Source: an uncultured Acidobacteriota bacterium | GTDB lineage: Bacteria; Acidobacteriota; Thermoanaerobaculia; Multivoradales; JAHEKO01 | Reading direction: 5' to 3' | Length of the DNA: 64,000 nucleotides | Assembly: GCA_963713825.1 (NCBI GenBank) | Contig: CAVQNG010000003.1 | Span: forward strand, 1,056,001 to 1,120,000 | Notes under the pieces: model-generated | What the model was told of the DNA's origin: nothing | What the model saw: the letters and a program-made list of their open reading frames with translations, nothing else | The model's database searches: none | Position numbers and translations under genes: made by a program | Shown here: one piece after another, positions 1-8,783 of the stretch | How positions within the stretch are numbered: position 1 is the first letter of the stretch | Layout: every line of letters starts with the position of its first letter

Positions 1-2180
1 ACTCCACGGAAAACCGGCTCTGGGAAGGCTCGCATCACGACCTGGCCATGCAGGTGGCCGACAAGTTCACGGTCCTCGGCGATTTCGACGACGCCACCTT
101 CACCTACAACGACATCACCTCTACCTTCTTCCAACGAGACGGGAAGTTCTTCATCCGAACCGACGGTCCCGATGGCAATCTCGAAGACTACGAGATCGCC
201 TACACCTTCGGGGCGGTGCCGCTGCAGCAGTACCTGATCGAGTTTCCGGATGGCCGCTATCAGGTATCGAGTCTCTGCTGGGACACGCGGCCGGCCGAGG
301 AGGGCGGACAGCGGTGGTTTCACCTCTATCCGGATGCGGCCATCGACCATGAAGACGAGTTGCACTGGACAGGGCCGAATCAGAACTGGAACTTCATGTG
401 TGCGGAGTGCCACTCGACCGATTTGAAGAAACGTTTCCTCGCCAACGAGAAGCGCTTCGATACCACCTATTCGGAGATCAACGTCTCTTGTGAGGCCTGT
501 CACGGGCCGGGTTCACTGCATGTGGAATGGGCCGACGCGGTCGCTTTGCGCAGGAAGCCTCCCTACGACAACGGGCATATGGGTCTGGTAGTGCGGCTCG
601 AAGATCCGGGCAGAGGTACCTGGATCGTGAGTCCCGAAACGGGAAGTGGCACGCGGATGGCACCCACGGTCGAGACCTGGGAGATGGAGACGTGCGCGCG
701 CTGCCACTCGCGGCGCGGCCTGATTTGGGAACAGTACGAGTTCGGGAAGCCGCTTCTCGATACCCATCGCCTGGCGGTGCTGGAGGAGGGGCTCTACCAC
801 GCCGACGGCCAGATCGAGGAGGAGGTCTACGTTCATGGCTCCTTTCTGCAGAGCAAGATGTTCCAGAAGGGCGTGACCTGCAGCGATTGCCATGATCCGC
901 ACAGCCTCGAGATGCACTTCCCCGGCGACTCGGTCTGTGTGCGCTGCCACTCGCGGACGAAATTTGCCACCCAGGAGCATCACTTCCACAAGCCCGAAAC
1001 CAAGGGTGCCTTCTGCGTCGACTGTCATATGCCGCCCAAGAACTACATGGTGGTGGATCCGCGCCACGATCACAGCCTGCGGATCCCCCGGCCGGATCTG
1101 TCCTTGAAGATTGGCACTCCGAACGCTTGCAACGACTGCCACGCGGACAAGTCGGTACAGTGGTCGATGGATTGGATCGTCAAGTGGTACGGCCCAGAAC
1201 GTCGGCAGGAGGCCCACTATGGCGAGGCCCTGCACGCGGCGCGAGTGGGCATGCCTGGTGCGGAGCAGGCGCTGACGGCGTTGATTGAGAACGAGGAGGC
1301 ACCGGCGATCGCCCGAGCCACGGCGCTGACGCTGCTGCCGAGGTATCTCACGATCGGCAGCCTGCCGGTTGTCGAACGAGCGCTCGGCAGTCGGGATCCA
1401 CTGCTGAGGATGGCGGCTGTCGGTGCAACCGAAGCCGTGGAGGCCTCCTCCAGGCTATCCCTGGCCTATCCGCTGCTGCATGACCCGGTCCGCGCTGTGC
1501 GCTTCGAGGCGGCGAATCGCCTCGCCTCCGTGCCGCGGGAGCTCTTCTCCTCCCCTCAGGAGACCGCGCTCCAGAACACCCTGGCCGAATATCGGGAGTC
1601 GCTCCGCGTCAACGCGGATCGCGCCGAATCTCATCTGAGCCAGGCCTGGTTGCACTCGATGAGCGGTGAGCTCGAAGAAGCGGAAGAGGCTTACCTCGAG
1701 GCAATCGAGCTGAATCCGTTTCTCCCGACCACCTACATCAACATCGCGGATCTTTACAGGATGCAGGGTCGCGATGCAGAGGGCGAGAGGATGCTCCGCA
1801 GGGCCGTAGAGCTCTACCCTGAAAGTGGCGACATCCGGCACGCCCTGGGCCTGAGCCTCATCCGACTTCAGCGTCCCGTCGAAGCGCTCAGCGAGCTGAG
1901 GTTGGCCGCCGAAGCGATGCCCGAATCGGCCCGCTACTCCTATGTCTACGGAGTCGCACTGCTCGACTCGGGCGAGCCTCAGCAGGGTTTGAAGGTGCTG
2001 GAGGAAGCGCACCGAAGGCACCCGACCGACCGAGAGATCCTCGTGGGCCTGGTGTCGATCTACCGCTCGAACGGCGATTTGGGCACCGCCCTGGACTACG
2101 CCCGCAAGCTCCAGGCCCTGGTACCGCAAGACCCCAACGTCCAGCGCATGGTCCAGGATCTCGAGACCTCGGGATCGTAA
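1..2180 (+). CDS. Multiheme c-type cytochrome with C-terminal HEAT/TPR repeats (5'-truncated by window edge)
   Basis: Seven CxxCH motifs (CAECH, CEACH, CARCH, CSDCH, CVRCH, CVDCH, CNDCH). The frame is open upstream of 48 (STENRLWEGSHHDLAMQ), so the gene starts before base 1. The C-terminal half is helical TPR-like. Confidence 0.9.
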   Translation, partial: STENRLWEGSHHDLAMQVADKFTVLGDFDDATFTYNDITSTFFQRDGKFFIRTDGPDGNLEDYEIAYTFGAVPLQQYLIEFPDGRYQVSSLCWDTRPAEEGGQRWFHLYPDAAIDHEDELHWTGPNQNWNFMCAECHSTDLKKRFLANEKRFDTTYSEINVSCEACHGPGSLHVEWADAVALRRKPPYDNGHMGLVVRLEDPGRGTWIVSPETGSGTRMAPTVETWEMETCARCHSRRGLIWEQYEFGKPLLDTHRLAVLEEGLYHADGQIEEEVYVHGSFLQSKMFQKGVTCSDCHDPHSLEMHFPGDSVCVRCHSRTKFATQEHHFHKPETKGAFCVDCHMPPKNYMVVDPRHDHSLRIPRPDLSLKIGTPNACNDCHADKSVQWSMDWIVKWYGPERRQEAHYGEALHAARVGMPGAEQALTALIENEEAPAIARATALTLLPRYLTIGSLPVVERALGSRDPLLRMAAVGATEAVEASSRLSLAYPLLHDPVRAVRFEAANRLASVPRELFSSPQETALQNTLAEYRESLRVNADRAESHLSQAWLHSMSGELEEAEEAYLEAIELNPFLPTTYINIADLYRMQGRDAEGERMLRRAVELYPESGDIRHALGLSLIRLQRPVEALSELRLAAEAMPESARYSYVYGVALLDSGEPQQGLKVLEEAHRRHPTDREILVGLVSIYRSNGDLGTALDYARKLQALVPQDPNVQRMVQDLETSGS

Positions 2181-2216
2181 CGTTCTGGGCCCCGGGCGAC
2201 GGATCTGGTCGTGTGG

Positions 2217-2293
2217 GGGTCCGACGCGGGGCCCCCAGGGGGCTATCCTCCCTTCCGCTGCAAGAACCCCCTGGAGGTCCCCACGCCGAACCC
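2217..2293 (-). repeat. Long imperfect inverted repeat / hairpin in convergent intergenic region
   Basis: Minus strand GGGTTCGGCGTGGGGACCTCCAGGGGG pairs with CCCCCTGGGGGCCCCGCGTCGGACCC: about 26 bp, four G-U wobbles and one bulge. Confidence 0.7.
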
Positions 2294-2328
2294 TTGGAGC
2301 CGCTGTAGGTCCCCTGCAGAGCTGTTTA

Positions 2329-2360
2329 CCCCTACGCCCCTAAGCCTCTAAGCCCTTACT
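2329..2360 (+). repeat. Octamer tandem array (CCCCTA[C/A]G family), 4 units
   Basis: cccctacg cccctaag cctctaag cccttact. Confidence 0.8.
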
Positions 2361-2491
2361 ACCTCCACCGGTGCTAGAGGTTCGTTCGGCTGGTTCGTCA
2401 GGGGGTGCCACGTCGAGCGCAGCGCAAGGTCCATTGAAGAGCACAATAGATCCGGCGCGATGACGTGACAAGGTGGCGGCCCACCCATCGC

Positions 2492-2545
2492 AGTCTGAGT
2501 AGCCGACGCCGTCCCCCAGGCGAGCCAGCCGGACGGGCCTCTACA
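2492..2545. repeat. REP/REPIN-like GTAG...CTAC palindromic element, copy 1
   Basis: AGTCTGAGTAGCCGACGCCGTCCCCC...GGACGGGCCTCTACA; a near-identical copy lies at 61423-61475. Confidence 0.8.
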
Positions 2546-2597
2546 CGACAACCGCTGCAGGAGGTGATTCGATGGGTCGGCAGGGACGCCGGCTGCC

Positions 2598-3125
2598 TCA
2601 ACCCTTCGCGGAGCGAACGATGTCGCGCAAGATTTTCTGGTGGTGATGGTGGTGGACGACGGTGAAGCGGAGCCACTGAGAAGCATCGAGGCGCCCGAAG
2701 ACGGGATGGGGCACAGTGGCGATCGAGGTGGTGAGTTGCCCAGCCGAGGTCTGAAGCTCGACGAACCCCTGGCGCACAGCCACCAGCTTGTCGTGAACGT
2801 CCTCACTTGGGATTTCTTGCGGCACCACCCCTTTCGGTGCCTTGCCTCGTCCTCGGGGTATGTAGCCGGCCCACAAGCAAATACGCCCGACCAGGGTGGG
2901 TTTCCCCGGCTTGCCACCCTCGGGATTGGCCAGCAGCTTCGAAAGCCCGTCCAGGGTGAACTCGTCACTCAAGGTCAGGTGCTCCACGTGCTTGCCGACG
3001 CTCCAACTGGAGACGGATTCCGATTGCCGCGACATCTCCTCTGGACGACCGGCCAGGTCGATCAGGTCATCCAGGCTGGCGACGATCTCCTGCAGGCTCT
3101 TCTTGGTGCCGGTTGTCTTCGACAT
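2598..3125 (-). CDS. DinB/DUF1569-like protein
   Basis: MSKTTG start; WSVGKHVEHL and HPVFGRLDASQWLRFTVVHHHHH, the DinB-superfamily metal-binding His pattern. Confidence 0.75.
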   Translation of the reverse strand: MSKTTGTKKSLQEIVASLDDLIDLAGRPEEMSRQSESVSSWSVGKHVEHLTLSDEFTLDGLSKLLANPEGGKPGKPTLVGRICLWAGYIPRGRGKAPKGVVPQEIPSEDVHDKLVAVRQGFVELQTSAGQLTTSIATVPHPVFGRLDASQWLRFTVVHHHHHQKILRDIVRSAKG

Positions 3126-3133
3126 CACGACAA

Positions 3134-4855
3134 TTATGTCAGTGACATCTCTTCGATCACCCGTCTGGCGACCGAAAGGTTGTCCAACTTCGTTGCAGCG
3201 AGGTGACTCTTGCCATCTGCCGTCTCCACGACAACGCGGTAGTAGAGCTTCTTGCCCGACTGCATCCCTCGCACCGGCTTGATGCTGGAGGTTTCCGATC
3301 GGGGGATGCGATGTGTCTTTCCCAGGCCGAGAATGCCGCCCGAGAGAACGAGCTCCTGCGGACGGCACTCCACGCGACGTTTCTCGAGCCAGAGGTCGAG
3401 CACCGCGAACAGGAGGAGCAGATCGAAAACGCCGAAGACAATGGGGAAGAGGAGTCCTGCATCCAGATGGATCAGCAAGGCGGTGAGACCCGTCCACAGT
3501 AGAGTGAACATGGTGACGGCCCAGGCAGCACCCTTCTGCCTGGCCGGCGCGAAGGTCAGAGCGAAGCCGCCCTCGGGCAACCAGTCCTTGCTGATTCCCT
3601 CGCTTGCGAGATCGACCTGGACGCCCTCCTGAGTCTCTTCCGTGGGCCAAGGACTTTCTTCGGGCTCGCTGTCGCGTCGGCTCTCGGCGGTGAGAAAGAC
3701 CGGCACCTCGAACTGTGCCGAGAAGTCGATGCCAGTCGTCTCGGCAGTGGCCTCCAGCTTCCACAAAGTCTTGTCGTCGGCGCTGCGTTCCTCGGTCGGC
3801 TCGACCTCGTAGGGGATCGCGAAGGAGACCGGAATGGAGGATCGGGTCGGGTCGTAGTCGAGTGTCTCTCGATCGATGTGGCGGGTCGCTTGCCACTGAA
3901 CGCGCTCACTCGTGCTGCGATTCTTGCCGCTTCCAGTTGTGACTCGATGAATCGAGCTCAGGGTCAGGTCGAAGCCGGAGATGGGCTTGATATCGACCGA
4001 GGTGAGAATGCGTCCAGCGAGCGGTCCGCCGACAACGCCCGGAATCGTCGACATCTCGAAGACCGAATCGCCGAACTTCTTCCAGTGAAGAAACGACCGC
4101 ACGGCCCAGACGATCAGGCCCAGTCCGACCACCGGGAAGATCAGACCGATCAACGCCAGTTTGTTGTCGTTTTCGAGGACCTCGCTTGGGAGCACGAAGA
4201 GGAGGGGCGCGGAGATCAGATTCCAGAAGAGGGCGAAGATCAATGGAAAGAGGAACTGGATGTTCCCGGAGGTCCGGACCCGGCCGTCGGTCCAGTCGCT
4301 GTTCCACCGCCAGGGAGCTTCAGGGTGCTGGGCCTCGAGTTGCTCCTGTTCGACAACCTTCCGTTTGCCCCAGAAGCCGGCGGCCATCATACCGACGCCG
4401 GCTCCGGTGAAGAGCAGCGAGAAGACTCCCATGAGGGCAAACAGGCCCCAACGCATTTCGCGAAAGAGGATTGTCTCAGTGGGGTCGTCGGGATTTACGA
4501 AGCATCGGAAGGGCTCGCCACTGCTTTGGTATCGCGCCAGCTCGGAGTATCGATCCTGGTGAAACGAGCCGATGTTGTCCGAGCCACCGCTCAAACCTAC
4601 GCGTTCACCTGAATAGGTTTGGTTCTCCCAGCGGTATTCATAGCGCGCGGTGACCTGATAGGTCGTTGAGTCGCTGCCTTGATTGACTTCGAGGTCGGCC
4701 TGCAGGATGCGAGCCGGGGTCTCGACCCACTGGCGGGCCTCATACCAGGTGATGAGGCTTCTGCTGGCCAAATAGCCCACCACGAGGCCGCCGGCCGCAA
4801 ACGGCAGAGCGAAAAGAATCAGGCACCCCAGGCCCCGGCTGGATTTCGTCAGCAT
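3134..4855 (-). CDS. DUF3592-domain membrane protein
   Basis: MLTKSSRGLGCLILF start; W..TPARILQADL...YQVTARYEY...VNPDDPTETIL signature; several TM pairs. Confidence 0.75.
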   Translation of the reverse strand: MLTKSSRGLGCLILFALPFAAGGLVVGYLASRSLITWYEARQWVETPARILQADLEVNQGSDSTTYQVTARYEYRWENQTYSGERVGLSGGSDNIGSFHQDRYSELARYQSSGEPFRCFVNPDDPTETILFREMRWGLFALMGVFSLLFTGAGVGMMAAGFWGKRKVVEQEQLEAQHPEAPWRWNSDWTDGRVRTSGNIQFLFPLIFALFWNLISAPLLFVLPSEVLENDNKLALIGLIFPVVGLGLIVWAVRSFLHWKKFGDSVFEMSTIPGVVGGPLAGRILTSVDIKPISGFDLTLSSIHRVTTGSGKNRSTSERVQWQATRHIDRETLDYDPTRSSIPVSFAIPYEVEPTEERSADDKTLWKLEATAETTGIDFSAQFEVPVFLTAESRRDSEPEESPWPTEETQEGVQVDLASEGISKDWLPEGGFALTFAPARQKGAAWAVTMFTLLWTGLTALLIHLDAGLLFPIVFGVFDLLLLFAVLDLWLEKRRVECRPQELVLSGGILGLGKTHRIPRSETSSIKPVRGMQSGKKLYYRVVVETADGKSHLAATKLDNLSVARRVIEEMSLT

Positions 4856-5104
4856 CGCAGGCTTCAATCGCTGGCTTGTGGATCCCGAGTATATGGGGGA
4901 GACCTCAATGGCGATGTACCCTCTTCCACTGCCTCGGGACTTCGACTCTGTTGAATGTGTGCATTTGTACCTATCGTTATGTGTTGCATAAGCGCGCGGC
5001 AGAATCTCGGTTATCCTGAGGTCGGTAAATTGCTTTGTTGGTCGATGGGTTCGGGCGGATCCTGACGGGTCCACTAGTCGCAAAGCAAAGACGAAAGCGC
5101 GTTC

Positions 5105-5869
5105 ATGAAGCTACCTCTTCAGCCATCGGTTTCGGCGAGAATGCCGGGTAAGCGCCAAATGGAGGCCCTGGACAAGATCCTCTCCGATGGCGTTCTGGAC
5201 CTGGTCTTCCAGCCGATCTTCGAGTTGGCTACCGGAGAAGTATTCGGCTACGAGGTGCTGACGCGCAGCCCGTCGCCGGTGTTCAAGGGCCCGGAGGCTC
5301 TGTTCAGTGCGGCGAGCAGTGCCGGATTGGTAGGTGAGTTGGGCAGGTTGCAGCGGTCCCTGGCCATGAGCATTGCTCCTGGCAACCCGCTTTTCATCAA
5401 CGTGCACCCATCAGAGTTCGATTATCCCTTTCTGGTCCAGCCCGACGACCCTATTTTCCGGCACGGGGAGGATGTCTTTCTCGAAGTCACCGAATCGGCA
5501 CCGTTGAGCTACTTCGAGCAGTGCATCAGTGTTCTCGGTGAGTTACGCAAGAAGGGCATCCAGGTGGCGATCGACGATTTCGGAGCGGGATTCTCCAACG
5601 TCAAGTACATAGCCGACCTGGCGCCAGATATTGTCAAGCTCGACCGCGAGTTGATGAGCCAGGTGCACCACGGGTCACGGCAATTCCGGTTGCTCATGTC
5701 CATCGTACGGTTGTGCAAGGACATGGGGGCCCGGGTGGTGGCGGAAGGCATCGAGACCACGGAGGAGTATGTGGTTGCCGAGCACGCTGGCGCCGATTTC
5801 TGCCAGGGCTATCTGCTGGGCCGCCCGGCGTCAGTGGCCGCCGGCGAGAGTTGGGCCCCTTCCAGCTAG
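5105..5869 (+). CDS. Stand-alone EAL-domain c-di-GMP phosphodiesterase
   Basis: FQPIF..GYEVLTR, LFINV, LEVTE, IDDFGAGFS, VKLD, VAEGIET, QGYL; the real start may be 5159. Confidence 0.9.
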   Translation: MKLPLQPSVSARMPGKRQMEALDKILSDGVLDLVFQPIFELATGEVFGYEVLTRSPSPVFKGPEALFSAASSAGLVGELGRLQRSLAMSIAPGNPLFINVHPSEFDYPFLVQPDDPIFRHGEDVFLEVTESAPLSYFEQCISVLGELRKKGIQVAIDDFGAGFSNVKYIADLAPDIVKLDRELMSQVHHGSRQFRLLMSIVRLCKDMGARVVAEGIETTEEYVVAEHAGADFCQGYLLGRPASVAAGESWAPSS

Positions 5870-6007
5870 AAGGACTCTCCAGAACAGCAGAACGGGCGCA
5901 CACTACCTCTGATTCGAGGCGTGCGAAATCCCTTGGGGCGTTAAGATCCCCCGGAGTCCACCAAGAGTAGTGGGCCGATCAAGACAAGCGAAAGCGCGAG
6001 GCGTGAG

Positions 6008-7084
6008 ATGACGATGACTGAATTTCTCGACAAGTCCTTCTTGGGAAATCCCATTTCGAGTTGGCTGCTGGCCGCAGGGATAGCATTCTTGACCCTTCTG
6101 TTGCTGGGCTCCCTGCGCTATCTGATCCAGAAGCGCCTCACGAAGCTGGCGCAATCGACCGAGACGGTTGTCGACGATCTCATCGTCAAGGTCCTCGAGA
6201 GCACTCGCATGGTGTTCCTTCTTGTCGTGGCTCTCTGGGCCGGCTCGCGGGCCCTGCAGTTGGCTCCGAGCGTACAAAGAACCGTGTTCATCGTGACCGT
6301 GATCGTCCTCTTGTACCAGGTCGGTCAGTGGGCGACGGCGGCGTTGATGAAGTGGCTGTCGATTGTCCGAGAAGAGAAGAGTGGTCAGGGCGAGGCGCTG
6401 ACGTGGTTGAGCGGCATCGAGTGGCTCGGCAAGATCCTGATTTGGAGCATCGTTGCTCTTCTGGGCCTCGAGAATCTGGGAGTCGACATCACTGGGCTGG
6501 CAGCCGGGCTAGGCATTGGTGGCATCGCCGTAGCTCTCGCGGCTCAGAATATTCTGGGTGATCTTTTCGCGGCCTTCTCGATCTATATCGATCAGCCATT
6601 CGTGATCGGGGACTACCTTACTGTCGGCAGTTTCAATGGCACCGTGGAATCGATCGGGATGAAGACTACCCGCCTCAAGAGCCTCACGGGCGAGCAGCTG
6701 ATCTTCGCGAACAGCGATCTCGTCGATAGTCGCATCCAGAATTATGGGCGCCTGGTGGAACGACGCGCCGCTTTTACAGTCGGCGTGACCTATGACACGC
6801 CGACTGCGAAAGTCGAGAAGATCCCCGGCATGATCGAAGAGGTCGTAGAGTCCCAGGACCATGCGCGATTCGACCGCTCGCACTTCAAGGAGTTTGGCGA
6901 CTCCGCGTTGATCCTGGAGACGGTCTACTATGTGCTGCTGCCGGCCTACCAATACAAGATGGACATTCAACAGGCCATCAATCTGGAGCTCTTGCGGCGT
7001 TTCGAGTCCGAGGGAATCGAGTTCGCCTTTCCGACGCAGACGATCCATCTGGAGAGCAGCGATGTCGATCGGCCTCAGACCTGA
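6008..7084 (+). CDS. mscS: Small-conductance mechanosensitive channel family protein
   Basis: GIGGIAVALAAQNILGDLFA, DQPFVIGD, GTVESIGMKTTRL, GIEFAFPTQT. Confidence 0.9.
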   Translation: MTMTEFLDKSFLGNPISSWLLAAGIAFLTLLLLGSLRYLIQKRLTKLAQSTETVVDDLIVKVLESTRMVFLLVVALWAGSRALQLAPSVQRTVFIVTVIVLLYQVGQWATAALMKWLSIVREEKSGQGEALTWLSGIEWLGKILIWSIVALLGLENLGVDITGLAAGLGIGGIAVALAAQNILGDLFAAFSIYIDQPFVIGDYLTVGSFNGTVESIGMKTTRLKSLTGEQLIFANSDLVDSRIQNYGRLVERRAAFTVGVTYDTPTAKVEKIPGMIEEVVESQDHARFDRSHFKEFGDSALILETVYYVLLPAYQYKMDIQQAINLELLRRFESEGIEFAFPTQTIHLESSDVDRPQT

Positions 7085-7092
7085 GAAGTGTC

Positions 7093-7905
7093 CTATTCCT
7101 CGATCGCTTCGATGAGCGTCCCGTCTGGGCGCACGAACCGAAAGTCGGAATGCGCTTTCGGAATATGCTCGCGGGCCAACCGTTCGACACCTTCGAGCGT
7201 GTCGCGGATGACGCGACCGGCACCCAGACTCTGCGCGAAGCCCAAGAACCCTCCCGGGTCAGAATAGGTCACGTACTCGATCAAGGTGCACTCGGCACCG
7301 AGAGGCGTCATCAACCAGGCACCGCGACTGGCTCGAATCGGCGACAGGCCAAGGTCGTTCAAGGTCCGAGCATGCTCCTCGGGTAGGGACTTCTCACCCC
7401 TGGAGTCCATCAGATCCCACCAGCGCAACTCCCAAAGCCGGGTGTCAGACTCGGCGAAGAGCTCCTCGCTCATCACCACCTGATCGATCCACCATCGACC
7501 GACCCCAGCTCGCTTGAAGTACTGAAAGAGAATCCGGTCCTGGCCTCGAGGGGTACCACCGATGACTTCTGAATGCAGTACCGGCAGGTAGCCACCCTGG
7601 GCGTAGTGGTCCTCATCATTCACCGCCATCCAGAGAGTCTCGATGGGTTGATCGGATACGAGGACCGCCTGGCCCACCTTGCCGTCGTTCTTGACCGCTA
7701 CCTTGCCCGGCTTGGCGGCCGCCTTCTCGTATAGGGACTTCGGGGGTTGCAGACCGAACTCTCGCGTTCGCGCCGCGTTGGTGAGATCCAACCTGTCGAT
7801 CCGCTCGAGAACCACTTGCGAAGAAGGACACTCGGCGCCGACAGTCTGTACGCCGACAATGACAAGGGAGATGGTGAACCACAAAGTAGGCGGCGGTTTT
7901 CGCAT
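7093..7905 (-). CDS. Secreted protein, START/SRPBCC-like fold
   Basis: N-terminal signal peptide; GAWLMTPL...TLIEYVTYSDPGG resembles the START-domain C-terminal strands. Confidence 0.55.
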   Translation of the reverse strand: MRKPPPTLWFTISLVIVGVQTVGAECPSSQVVLERIDRLDLTNAARTREFGLQPPKSLYEKAAAKPGKVAVKNDGKVGQAVLVSDQPIETLWMAVNDEDHYAQGGYLPVLHSEVIGGTPRGQDRILFQYFKRAGVGRWWIDQVVMSEELFAESDTRLWELRWWDLMDSRGEKSLPEEHARTLNDLGLSPIRASRGAWLMTPLGAECTLIEYVTYSDPGGFLGFAQSLGAGRVIRDTLEGVERLAREHIPKAHSDFRFVRPDGTLIEAIEE

Positions 7906-8054
7906 TCTGGAATCGCGTTCAAGATGGCACGAAAGGGCAGGTTCTGAGACCCAGAGTGTGGCAAGATGCTGGGGACAGTCTACATTCTTCCTGGAGCGTT
8001 CCAGGCACGGCGTCGCTCTGTGGGCGACGTCACGGAAAGGGAAAGGAGCTGAAC

Positions 8055-8687
8055 ATGGCTGAAGCTATTGCAGCACCGCTGGCCAAGGCAGTGAAGAAGG
8101 ACTCCACCACGCTGATCATTCTCGGTGTTCTGACCGTGGTCTTGGGCGTGCTGGCGATGATGTCGCCGCTGGTGGCAGGTATGACCGTCGCCGTTATGGT
8201 TGGCTTTCTAATGATCATCGGTGGCATTGCGCGAACCTTCTTCGCCTTCAAGGCGCAGTCGTGGGGCAAGGGAATCCTGGCCTTTGTGCTGGGGATTCTG
8301 ACGCTCGTTGTCGGTTTGGTAATGGTCTTCCGGCCAGTTCTGGGCCTGACCTCCTTGACACTGGTGCTGGTTGCCTACCTCGTTATCGACGGCATCGTCG
8401 AGATTTTCGAGGCATTTGACCTCAAACCACTCAAAGGCTGGGGATGGATGCTCTTTGGAGGCATCGTCTCAATGTTGCTGGGAATCATGATCTGGAGGCA
8501 GTGGCCCGTCTCCGGTGTCTGGGCGATCGGCATCCTGTTGGGGATCAAGTTGATCTTCGCCGGCGTGGCCATGACAGCCATCGGCGGCGCAGGGCGAAGC
8601 ATCGCTGGCACGGCCGAGGACGTCGTGGAGGACGTCAAGGAAGCGGCTCAAGACGCGGTTGAGTCCGTCAAAGACGCGATCGACTGA
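8055..8687 (+). CDS. HdeD/DUF308 family membrane protein
   Basis: AAGGAG RBS before ATG 8055; two repeated DUF308 units; GWGWMLFGG, WPVSGVWAIGILLG. Confidence 0.85.
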   Translation: MAEAIAAPLAKAVKKDSTTLIILGVLTVVLGVLAMMSPLVAGMTVAVMVGFLMIIGGIARTFFAFKAQSWGKGILAFVLGILTLVVGLVMVFRPVLGLTSLTLVLVAYLVIDGIVEIFEAFDLKPLKGWGWMLFGGIVSMLLGIMIWRQWPVSGVWAIGILLGIKLIFAGVAMTAIGGAGRSIAGTAEDVVEDVKEAAQDAVESVKDAID

Positions 8688-8783
8688 CCAGCAGCCCGCA
8701 TCAGGATCTTGGAAGTCGAGAGACCGTACCCAGCGGCGGTGCGGCGGGTGGGGTCTTGAGGGCTTGAAGCGGCCGGACCTGTG

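Noticed and set aside
2630-2660. Poly-His tract as a novel metal-binding tag
   Set aside because: It coincides with the normal C-terminal HxxHH motif of DinB-like proteins.
5040-5104. c-di-GMP-I riboswitch upstream of the EAL gene (GCAAAGC...GAAA)
   Set aside because: The order of motifs and the paired stems do not fit the consensus by eye; an Rfam scan would be needed.
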